Shown one piece after another: positions 1 through 6,467 of a stretch of DNA of 9,239 nt. A program made the position numbers and the translations under genes. The DNA is from Candidatus Iainarchaeum sp. GTDB lineage: Archaea; Iainarchaeota; Iainarchaeia; Iainarchaeales; 0-14-0-20-30-16. Positions within the stretch are counted from its first letter, which is position 1, and each line of letters starts with the position of its first letter. The notes under the pieces are model-generated. The model saw nothing but the letters and a program-made list of their open reading frames with translations, had not been told where the DNA came from and did no database searches. The stretch is taken from positions 1-9,239 of the forward strand of contig CAIWXP010000195.1 in NCBI GenBank assembly GCA_903916665.1, in the 5' to 3' direction.

Positions 1-513
1 ACTGGCAAGACTTCAGTTACAGCAAATGACAAATTTAATGATTTTAATACTCTAATACATAGTGCCGACGCAAATACTACGGCAACCGTAACAAATCCTG
101 TTATTACATTAGATGTAAACAGTCAAATAGCTGCAATAGCGGCCTTTGGTGACTCTTATAGAAATTTTGGCATTGGTAATCCTTTTGCAGATCCTAGCGG
201 AAGTAATGTAAATTCATTATATGCAACATATATTCAAAGACCAAATTATTTTACAGATTTAAATAGTAGATATTATCACGCATGTAATGATGGTACAAAT
301 TTACATTGTGTTGTTTTTGATCCGAATTTAATAACTAAATCTAGCGTGGGTAATTTACAAATAAAAACTGCTTTTTATGTAGGATATTTAAGTTATCAAA
401 ATCCATTTAGTTGGGCACAAATAAATTCGTGTATAGTAAGTAATAATTATACCCCTTGTTTTACACCACAAGGTTTAATAACAAAAAATAATAATAGTTT
501 AACATTAAATTAA
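1..513 (+). CDS. 3' end (170 codons) of an ORF that starts upstream of the window. The product is N/T/S-rich and is probably a secreted or surface protein of unknown family.
   Basis: Translating frame 1 by hand from base 1 gives TGKTSVTANDKFNDFNTLIHSADANTTATV...HACNDGTNLHC...SCIVSNNYTPCFTPQGLITKNNNSLTLN, with no stop until TAA at 511-513. It is missing from the supplied track because it has no start in the window. It has four Cys in two close pairs (C-x8-C and C-x7-C), no TM segment and no recognisable catalytic motif. It ends 10 nt before secF, with the secF Shine-Dalgarno in between. Confidence 0.6.
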   Translation, partial: TGKTSVTANDKFNDFNTLIHSADANTTATVTNPVITLDVNSQIAAIAAFGDSYRNFGIGNPFADPSGSNVNSLYATYIQRPNYFTDLNSRYYHACNDGTNLHCVVFDPNLITKSSVGNLQIKTAFYVGYLSYQNPFSWAQINSCIVSNNYTPCFTPQGLITKNNNSLTLN

Positions 514-519
514 AGGTGA
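514..519 (+). promoter_or_regulatory. Shine-Dalgarno-like ribosome-binding site for secF
   Basis: AGGTGA lies 4 nt upstream of the ATG at 524 and directly after the upstream stop codon. This suggests co-transcription and coupled translation. Confidence 0.6.
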
Positions 520-523
520 AAAT

Positions 524-1570
524 ATGAGTTTTTATTCTAAGTTTTATGATAGAAAATATAAAAATTTTTTAATAGTTCCAGCAGCATTGTTGGTAGTTTG
601 TTTAGTTTTAATTTTTTCATTAGGAATTAAAAAAGGAATTGATTTGAGTGGTGGAACACAATTAACAATACACACAACACAATCAATAAGTTCAAATGAT
701 ATTCAATCTTATTTAGAAACTAAATATGGTTTTCAAGATGTAACTGTGAGTTTTTCAAAAGGATTGGAAACTAATCGATTAGATATTCAATATTTGCAAG
801 AATCAAATATGGGTATTTTGAGAGATAAAATCACACAAATAAAAGCATTGGAAAGTCAATCACAGGCAATAGACCAAACAAAAACATTATTAACACAGTA
901 CAACTATGATTTAAATACATTAAATGCAAAAGAGTACAAAAATTGGATGTCTGGTTTAGATTTATTATATAACACAGAAAAAAATAAAAGAGTAAATGAA
1001 ATATTAACTGATTTAGGAAATAAATTTGGTTTTGATATAAAGAATGTTGCAATAAAAGAAATATCACCTACATTAAGTGAATCATTCTATGGTAAAACTA
1101 TTTTAGTATCTATAATTGCAATGATATTAATTACATTAATTATATTTGTAGCCTACAGAGAATTAGTTCCAAGTAGTGCAATTATTGCCTGTGGTATTTT
1201 AGATGTTATTGGTGGATTAACTGGTATGGCAATTTTAGGTGTTCCATTATCTTTAGTTACCATTCCGGCATTACTGATGCTTTTAGGATATTCCATTGAT
1301 ACGGATATAATGTTAACAACAAAATTATTGAAAAGATCAGAAGGATCAAATGTTGAAAGAGCAGGAGATTCAATGAGAACAGGAATCTATATGACTACTG
1401 CGGCATTGGGTGCGGTTCTTGTTATGATTATTTTCTCTTTGTTATACAATGTTACTGTATTTTTTGATATATCTGTTGTTTTATTATTTGGTTTAATAAT
1501 GGATATGATTGCTACATGGATGATGAATGGGCCAATATTATTATGGTATGTTGAGGCAAAGAAGAAGTGA
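524..1570 (+). CDS. secF: Protein-export membrane protein SecF
   Basis: An N-terminal TM segment is followed by GIDLSGGTQLTI, the conserved SecD/SecF G-x-D-x-x-GG motif. An extracytoplasmic loop follows, then a C-terminal block of hydrophobic helices (ILVSIIAMILITLIIFVAY...LLMLLGYSIDTDIML...) typical of the SecD_SecF family. It sits immediately upstream of secD, the secF-secD order described for archaea. Confidence 0.9.
   Translation: MSFYSKFYDRKYKNFLIVPAALLVVCLVLIFSLGIKKGIDLSGGTQLTIHTTQSISSNDIQSYLETKYGFQDVTVSFSKGLETNRLDIQYLQESNMGILRDKITQIKALESQSQAIDQTKTLLTQYNYDLNTLNAKEYKNWMSGLDLLYNTEKNKRVNEILTDLGNKFGFDIKNVAIKEISPTLSESFYGKTILVSIIAMILITLIIFVAYRELVPSSAIIACGILDVIGGLTGMAILGVPLSLVTIPALLMLLGYSIDTDIMLTTKLLKRSEGSNVERAGDSMRTGIYMTTAALGAVLVMIIFSLLYNVTVFFDISVVLLFGLIMDMIATWMMNGPILLWYVEAKKK
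1479..1500 (+). repeat. Copy 1 of an exact 22-nt direct repeat (ttttattatttggtttaataat), inside the last TM helix of secF
   Basis: The string is identical at 1479-1500 and 1619-1640. Both flanks mismatch (1478 g vs 1618 t; 1501 g vs 1641 a). It is read in frame as LLFGLI in both genes. Confidence 0.9.
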
Positions 1571-3150
1571 TACTTATGAATTTTTTGAAGAGTGTTAAAG
1601 TTTGGATATTATTTGCATTTTTATTATTTGGTTTAATAATATTGGGTTTGAAAGGATTACAATATGGTTTAGATTTTTCCGGAGGAACTCAATTTATTTT
1701 AACATTGAGCGAGCCAGTTCAGGACAGTAGTGTAATGGATAAAGTTACAACAACTATTTTTCAAAGATTGGATTGGACAGGATTAAAAGATGTAAAAGTA
1801 AATTCTTGGGATCAAAAATTTGTAAGTGTGCAGATTGCAGAAAGTAATCCACAAAAAGTTTCGCAGATTGAAGAATTATTACAAAAACAAGGAAAGTTTG
1901 AGTGCATATTTGAAAATAAAATATTATTTACTGGGGACGATGTAGTTTCAGTAAGTAAGGATCCTCAAAAAGGATATGGTATACGTAAAGTTGATACTTC
2001 CTATCAATGGACAGTTCCTTTTACATTGAGTGCAAAAGCTGCAAGAAATTTTTCAGAAGGTATATTTCACAAATGTGTTAGTTTACCCGACGGAACAGCA
2101 AATTGTCCTAATACGTTCTTTTTTATAGATAGACCAACGGATGCTTTGGTTTTAATACCAAAAGATGTTTATGATGCTGAAAAATATACAGGTAATAATG
2201 TAAAAATAGAAGATATTTTACAAAATGCAAATGTAAATTATTTGGTTGTTGAAAATTTAGATGCTAATACTTTATCATTAATAGAATCAAAGTTAGCAAC
2301 ATTAAAATTATCAAAAATAAATTATTCTTCAGACTATGATGTTAAATTATTGAAAGATGCAAATTTAAATATTACATTAAATGAAATTACAAAAAATGGC
2401 GATACTCCTTGGACTTGGAGTGCAGTAGGATTAAAAACAATAATTGGTTTAAGAGAAGATATTACAAATAAGTTAGTGCCAACAGTAGCTGCACCTAATT
2501 TTACAACCTATATGAATTTAGCCATAGAAGGTGGAGCACCAGAAATAACTTCTGCACAAAAAGAAGTAAATGAATTATCTGCAATATTAAGTTCTGGATC
2601 TTTACCAGTAGGTATTGAAAATATTTCAAAAGAAACGGTTTCTCCATTAATGGGGCAAAACATATTAAGTGAAATATTAATAATGGGCCTTTTAGCATTA
2701 ATTATTGTAGCTGTAATTATATTTATTAGATACAATGATTGGAGAATTGCAATACCAATATTTTTAACAGGAGCTGCAGAAGTATTTTTGATTATTGCTT
2801 TTGCATCATTAATTAATTGGCAATTGGATTTGGTTGCCATTGCCGGTATTCTAGCAGCGGTAGGAACTGGAGTGGATGATCAGATTATAATTACCGATGA
2901 ATTGGAAAGAAACAAAGGTAAAGAGCAACAGGAAGAGCGTAGTTTATTGGCAAGAGTAAAAAGAGCATTCTTTATTATTTGGATGTCAGCAGCTACTTTA
3001 GCAGCAACAATGTTGCCAATAATATTTGTATTTGGTGGGGTGCCTAAATTAGTTGGTTTTGCAATAACCACATTGGCAGGTGTTGCAATAGGTGTATTAA
3101 TAACTAGACCGGCATTTGCAACAATAATAAAAGAAATAATCAACAATTAA
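1567..3150 (+). CDS. secD: Protein-export membrane protein SecD
   Basis: An N-terminal TM segment is followed by GLDFSGGTQFIL, a large extracytoplasmic domain, and a C-terminal TM bundle containing AGILAAVGTGVDDQIIITDE (the SecD_SecF signature region). The track start at 1567 is GTG and overlaps the secF stop as GTGA. The ATG at 1576 (MNFLKS...) is an equally plausible start. Confidence 0.9.
   Translation: MILMNFLKSVKVWILFAFLLFGLIILGLKGLQYGLDFSGGTQFILTLSEPVQDSSVMDKVTTTIFQRLDWTGLKDVKVNSWDQKFVSVQIAESNPQKVSQIEELLQKQGKFECIFENKILFTGDDVVSVSKDPQKGYGIRKVDTSYQWTVPFTLSAKAARNFSEGIFHKCVSLPDGTANCPNTFFFIDRPTDALVLIPKDVYDAEKYTGNNVKIEDILQNANVNYLVVENLDANTLSLIESKLATLKLSKINYSSDYDVKLLKDANLNITLNEITKNGDTPWTWSAVGLKTIIGLREDITNKLVPTVAAPNFTTYMNLAIEGGAPEITSAQKEVNELSAILSSGSLPVGIENISKETVSPLMGQNILSEILIMGLLALIIVAVIIFIRYNDWRIAIPIFLTGAAEVFLIIAFASLINWQLDLVAIAGILAAVGTGVDDQIIITDELERNKGKEQQEERSLLARVKRAFFIIWMSAATLAATMLPIIFVFGGVPKLVGFAITTLAGVAIGVLITRPAFATIIKEIINN
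1619..1640 (+). repeat. Copy 2 of the exact 22-nt direct repeat, inside the first TM helix of secD
   Basis: See copy 1. The copies are 140 nt apart. This matches the frame offset between the two genes, so both copies encode LLFGLI. Confidence 0.9.
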
Positions 3151-3178
3151 GTTGATTATTCTCCTTTTTCTTTTTTTT
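3135..3178 (+). terminator. Stem-loop plus T-rich tract at the end of secD (candidate terminator)
   Basis: There is a perfect 10-bp inverted repeat: aataatcaac (3135-3144) and gttgattatt (3151-3160), with loop aattaa containing the secD stop. It is followed by ctcctttttctttttttt. Oligo-T tracts are the known archaeal termination signal. Confidence 0.45.
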
Positions 3179-3190
3179 AAAGAAAAGCAT

Positions 3191-3198
3191 TTTAAATA
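3191..3198 (+). promoter_or_regulatory. TATA-box-like element upstream of the pilin-like gene
   Basis: TTTAAATA starts 26 nt upstream of the ATG at 3217, and no Shine-Dalgarno lies between them. This spacing fits an archaeal promoter producing a leaderless or near-leaderless mRNA. Confidence 0.4.
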
Positions 3199-3216
3199 TC
3201 TCCTTCTATATATATT

Positions 3217-3549
3217 ATGCAAAAAGGACAATCTAGTTTGGAGTTCTTAATGGTAATTATCGCGGTGTTAGCCCTTTCTGTCCTAATTTATGGAGCATTA
3301 CCAAAAGATACTAGTGAAATTGTTGCTTTGGGCATTACAAAAAATCAGTTGGATAGTTTTGTTTTAAAAACAAATTATTTAGGAGATTACAATTTATATA
3401 CGGTTTCAAACAATAGTGATCTAAATATTATTGTTTATTTTAGCAAACCCTATGATGCTGTACAACTTTCAGATATTAACAAAATGATAGTTTCTGAGGT
3501 TAAAAACGCATCAAGTTTTGAAAACATTTATATATCATATAATAATTAA
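3217..3549 (+). CDS. Small type IV pilin-like protein with a class III (prepilin-type) signal peptide
   Basis: The N-terminus is MQKG|QSSLEFLMVIIAVLALSVLIYG: a short basic leader ending in KG, then Q at +1 and E at +5, then an uninterrupted hydrophobic helix. QSSLE fits the Q-x-S-x-E start of the archaeal DUF361-type pilin motif. The remaining ~85 aa are N/S-rich with beta-strand-like composition. Confidence 0.7.
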   Translation: MQKGQSSLEFLMVIIAVLALSVLIYGALPKDTSEIVALGITKNQLDSFVLKTNYLGDYNLYTVSNNSDLNIIVYFSKPYDAVQLSDINKMIVSEVKNASSFENIYISYNN

Positions 3550-3563
3550 ATATATTATACGCC

Positions 3564-3570
3564 AGGGGTG
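3564..3570 (+). promoter_or_regulatory. Shine-Dalgarno-like site for the 80-aa ORF
   Basis: GGGGTGG ends 5 nt before the ATG at 3576. Confidence 0.5.
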
Positions 3571-3575
3571 GAACA

Positions 3576-3818
3576 ATGGATGCCAATAAGAATGAAGATG
3601 TTGCTTTAGGAATAGTTAAAGTATATGTTGAAGAAGTAGCACGTTTAGGTTTGAAAAGAAAATTTGATTTAGACAGTGTAATTAATGCTTACTTATACAC
3701 ATTAGCAAGACTAAATAAAAAATCAGAAGATATGAAAGTATTTGAAAAAGCAGCAGAAGATGAAATGCAAATAGAAAAAGAAGAAACAAAACAAGATCTA
3801 TTGAAGCAATTCGTTTAA
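3576..3818 (+). CDS. Hypothetical small acidic helical protein (80 aa) ending in a PIP-box-like motif
   Basis: The ORF has a good Shine-Dalgarno and lies 26 nt after the pilin-like gene. It has no TM segment or signal peptide, and the second half is rich in charged residues. The C-terminal residues QDLLKQFV (3792-3815) fit Q-x-x-L-x-x-F-[hydrophobic]. I recognise no family. Confidence 0.6.
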   Translation: MDANKNEDVALGIVKVYVEEVARLGLKRKFDLDSVINAYLYTLARLNKKSEDMKVFEKAAEDEMQIEKEETKQDLLKQFV

Positions 3819-3846
3819 AATGCTTTTTTTCTTTTCAAAAAGAAAA
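3819..3846 (+). terminator. T-rich tract and AT hairpin after the 80-aa ORF (candidate terminator)
   Basis: The sequence is aatgctttttttcttttcaaaaagaaaa. It has a T7 run at 3824-3830, and ttttctttt (3827-3835) is complementary to aaaagaaaa (3838-3846). Confidence 0.4.
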
Positions 3847-3847
3847 T

Positions 3848-3886
3848 CCTGATTGTTATGGGCTATTGCATAGCAAATACATCAGG
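3848..3886 (+). other. Intergenic two-tier stem-loop, more GC-rich than its surroundings
   Basis: The outer stem pairs CCTGAT (3848-3853) with ATCAGG (3881-3886). The inner stem pairs GCTAT (3862-3866) with ATAGC (3870-3874), with loop TGC. It lies between the T-tract and the putative rfcL TATA box. Confidence 0.35.
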
Positions 3887-3889
3887 TTA

Positions 3890-3897
3890 TTTATAAT
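3890..3897 (+). promoter_or_regulatory. TATA-box-like element upstream of the RFC large-subunit gene
   Basis: TTTATAAT lies about 30 nt upstream of the ATG at 3926, with no clear Shine-Dalgarno. This suggests a short leader or a leaderless transcript. Confidence 0.35.
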
Positions 3898-3925
3898 AAC
3901 TAATTTTAAGAATACTTCTGAGTAA

Positions 3926-5377
3926 ATGATTTATATGTATGTGTTAGATCCCTACGAACCGAAGAGTTTACAAGAATGTATTAATAAAAGTGCAATTTTA
4001 TCCTTGGATGCGTGGTATAAAGATCATAAAAAACCAGCATTAATTGTAGGGCAAACAGGAATAGGAAAATCCACACTTGTTAGATTGTTTGCTAAAGAAA
4101 AGAACTTAACATTATTTGAATTATCGCCTTCTGATGATAGAGATAAAGAAACACTATTGCCTATTTTACAAGCAGTATCGCAAAGTAGAAGTATTTTTGC
4201 AAATAAAAATTTATTATTTTTTGACGATATAGATGTTTTTATATCTGATGATCGTGGCTCATTTGAAGCAATAGTTAAAACAGCAAAAGAATCTATTAAT
4301 CCAGTTATTTTTGTAGTTACAAATTTATATAGTGATAAAAAATTATCTCAATTAAGAGATATTTGTGAAATTATAGAAATGCGTTCTGTGCATAGCGCAA
4401 CCATAGTTGCATATTTGACAACAATGTGCACAAAACACAATATAAAATACGAAAAAGAAGCATTGGAAGAATTAGTTAAAATGAATTCCAATGATTTGAG
4501 AGCTACATTTTTAGACATAGATTATTTAGCATATTTAGGAGTTACTAAAAATAATTTGGAGCTACTTTCTGGTAGAGAAAGAAAAGCAGATGTTTTTAAA
4601 ACAATTATTGGTTTATTTAAAGCAAAAACATTTGAAGATGCAAAGAAAATTGCAGACGCAACAGAAGTAGATTATGATTTATTATTTGCATGGATTTCTG
4701 AAAATGTGCATTTGTTTTACGAAGGAAATAATCTAAAAGAGGCCTATAGATTGATGACTTTAGCAGATTTAAGTAAGAGTAGAATTTACTCAAGACAGAA
4801 TTGGATTTTCTTTAGATATTTTATTTCTTTAGGAATAATCTCTCCTTGCATAGTTCCACAAAAAGATCATTTTACATTTAAAATTTCCTATCCCCAAAGT
4901 ATTAAAATGAAAACAAAAGAAGTTAGTGAATATTCTAAAAATAAAAAAGTTGCACAGATATTATCAAAAGTATTTCGTGGTTCAAATTATAAAATTGCGA
5001 GCGAAATTTTCATGTATAGATTCTTTGTTAAAGATGGGGGATTTATTTCCTATTTACAAGATAATTTAATTGATGAAGAATTAGAATTTTTGCAAGATTT
5101 TTTTAAAGTAAAATTAGTTGAAAAAACCAAAGATGATAATAAAGAAGAGAAAGAAGAAAAAGGTACAACCAAAAAGAAAAAAGCAGAAACAAAAAGCGAA
5201 ATAAAATTAGAAACTACAGAATTCAAAAGTTTAGAATTAAAAAGTAAACCTAAAGCCAGTGCAAGTTTAGAATCTAAAGAATCAAAACTTTCACAGGACA
5301 TTAAAAGTCATTTAGAAAAAGATGCCATTTTGATGCAAGATCAAAAATCAGAAGTTAAACAAAGAAAATTATTTTAA
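3926..5377 (+). CDS. rfcL: Replication factor C large subunit (clamp-loader AAA+ ATPase), divergent
   Basis: The N-terminus PYEPKSLQECINKSAILSLDAWYK...PALIVGQTGIGKSTLVRLFAKEKNLTLFELSPSDDRDKE parallels the archaeal RFC-L pattern (KYRPK-L-D--G-------L--W-----KALLL-GPPGVGKT-LA-ALA-----E-IELNASD-R). It has Walker A GQTGIGKST (4049-4075), Walker B FFDDID (D-D-I-D at 4223-4234), a sensor-1-like VIFVVTNLY, and a K/E-rich tail ending KQRKLF. The alternative ATG at 3935 is also possible. Confidence 0.8.
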   Translation: MIYMYVLDPYEPKSLQECINKSAILSLDAWYKDHKKPALIVGQTGIGKSTLVRLFAKEKNLTLFELSPSDDRDKETLLPILQAVSQSRSIFANKNLLFFDDIDVFISDDRGSFEAIVKTAKESINPVIFVVTNLYSDKKLSQLRDICEIIEMRSVHSATIVAYLTTMCTKHNIKYEKEALEELVKMNSNDLRATFLDIDYLAYLGVTKNNLELLSGRERKADVFKTIIGLFKAKTFEDAKKIADATEVDYDLLFAWISENVHLFYEGNNLKEAYRLMTLADLSKSRIYSRQNWIFFRYFISLGIISPCIVPQKDHFTFKISYPQSIKMKTKEVSEYSKNKKVAQILSKVFRGSNYKIASEIFMYRFFVKDGGFISYLQDNLIDEELEFLQDFFKVKLVEKTKDDNKEEKEEKGTTKKKKAETKSEIKLETTEFKSLELKSKPKASASLESKESKLSQDIKSHLEKDAILMQDQKSEVKQRKLF

Positions 5378-5399
5378 TCAATAATTTTTCAGCTAATCT

Positions 5400-6404
5400 T
5401 CACTCTTTGAATTGAACCATTTCTAATCCAGATCTTCTTGCAATATCACTGGTGCCGTCATCGGGATAAAATTCTTTGTAAATTACTTTCTTTATTCCTG
5501 CATTAATAATTGTTCTCACACACAAAACACAGGGAAAGTTGGTACAATAAACTGTTGCTCCTTTTGTTGAAATTCCATTTTCTGCTGCTTGGGAAATTGC
5601 ATTTTGCTCAGCATGTACTGCCCTAGATATTTCAAATCTTTGCCCAGAGGGTATTTTCATTATATCTCTTAAGCAACCACCCAGTTCGTCACAACCAGGA
5701 TGTCCTTTAGGAGGGCCATTATACCCTGTGGCAATTATTTGTTTATCTTTAACTAAAACGCAGCCCACATTTCTTCTTAAACATGATGCTCTAGTTGCAA
5801 CAACATCTGCAATATTCATAAAATATTTATCCCAGCTAGGTCTCTTTTTTCTATCATGTTTCAAAGTAAAATCTAATCTTTGTTTTAATTCCTCTAAAGT
5901 ACCATCATTAAAAATATATTTATCTGCCATTTTGTAAACTGCATCTAATTGCTGAGCATTTGGATTAGATGAATTTTCTCTTTCTTCCATTAATTTAAAT
6001 TCATAAAAATTATTAACATTTTCTATTCTACCGCGAGTTTTTGTTCTTTCATAACGTAATTCAATGGGTGCATTTACACCCAACAAAATAAAATCGCAAT
6101 CTTCTCGCAAAGCAGTTACTTCTGCAGGATTTCTAATGCTATCTACAATAAATTCTTTTTGTCCTTGTTTTCGTTCTTCATTTATTTTTTCTAAAACTTT
6201 TTTACCAAAATAGTTTGGGCCAAAATTAGTTCTTAATTCATTACCAATATTAATTAAATGTTCTCTTGTTTTTTCCAAATGTCTTTCATCACAAACATCT
6301 CTAATAATATCGCTTAAAGAATGATATTTGTAATTTTGTTCTTTTAAAAGATTTGCAACTTCTCCTTTTCCTGCTGCATTATACCCACACAAACCTATAA
6401 TCAT
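5400..6404 (-). CDS. Fusion protein: N-terminal P-loop nucleotide-kinase-like domain (CoaE/UPF0200-like) and C-terminal dCMP deaminase (ComEB/DCTD family)
   Basis: The C-terminal half is RPSWDKYFMNIADVVATRASCLRRNVGCVLVKD..IIATGYNGPPKG...C...HAEQNAI (H264 at 5613-5615)...GATVYCTNFPCVLCVRTIINAGIKKVIY. These are the canonical dCMP deaminase H-A-E and P-C-x-x-C zinc motifs. The N-terminal ~182 aa start MIIGLCGYNAAGKGEV (P-loop-like), followed by SLSDIIRD, VDSIRNPAEV and ERTKTRGR, resembling small archaeal nucleotide kinases. GGAG lies 10 nt upstream of the ATG. Confidence 0.9.
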   Translation of the reverse strand: MIIGLCGYNAAGKGEVANLLKEQNYKYHSLSDIIRDVCDERHLEKTREHLINIGNELRTNFGPNYFGKKVLEKINEERKQGQKEFIVDSIRNPAEVTALREDCDFILLGVNAPIELRYERTKTRGRIENVNNFYEFKLMEERENSSNPNAQQLDAVYKMADKYIFNDGTLEELKQRLDFTLKHDRKKRPSWDKYFMNIADVVATRASCLRRNVGCVLVKDKQIIATGYNGPPKGHPGCDELGGCLRDIMKIPSGQRFEISRAVHAEQNAISQAAENGISTKGATVYCTNFPCVLCVRTIINAGIKKVIYKEFYPDDGTSDIARRSGLEMVQFKE

Positions 6405-6467
6405 TGCAAATCATCTCCTAAATTATTTTTTAACTTAAAATATTTTTTCTAATATATTTTATTTGAT

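Noticed and set aside
1567-1575. GTG start of secD at 1567, and likewise the GTG start of the YdjM-like ORF at 9097
   Set aside because: This is not rejected as impossible. In both cases an in-frame ATG lies 3 codons downstream (1576 and 9088) and gives a more typical N-terminus. The track coordinates are therefore maximal ORFs rather than confirmed starts.
831-3146. Minus-strand ORFs of 65-110 aa at 831-1067, 2501-2698, 2508-2840 and 2880-3146, lying inside secF and secD
   Set aside because: They lie entirely antisense to strongly supported SecF/SecD coding sequence. Their translations are low-complexity I/L/F/N-rich strings, as expected for the reverse complement of AT-rich membrane-protein genes. 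None has an RBS or promoter. They are shadow ORFs.
3858-3896. 12-codon ORF (MGYCIANTSGYL) inside the 3848-3886 stem-loop region
   Set aside because: It is too short, has no RBS, and overlaps the predicted hairpin and TATA-like box. It is treated as non-coding.
5050-5301. Minus-strand 83-aa ORF antisense to the rfcL tail
   Set aside because: It mirrors the K/E-rich low-complexity coding region (AAG/GAA repeats read as F/S/L on the other strand). There is no independent support.
5100-5340. Repetitive-looking A/G-rich nucleotide stretch that could be taken for a tandem repeat
   Set aside because: It is in-frame coding sequence for the Lys/Glu/Ser-rich C-terminal linker of RFC-L (KEEKEEKGTTKKKKAETK...ESKESK). 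This is compositional low complexity and has no defined repeat unit.
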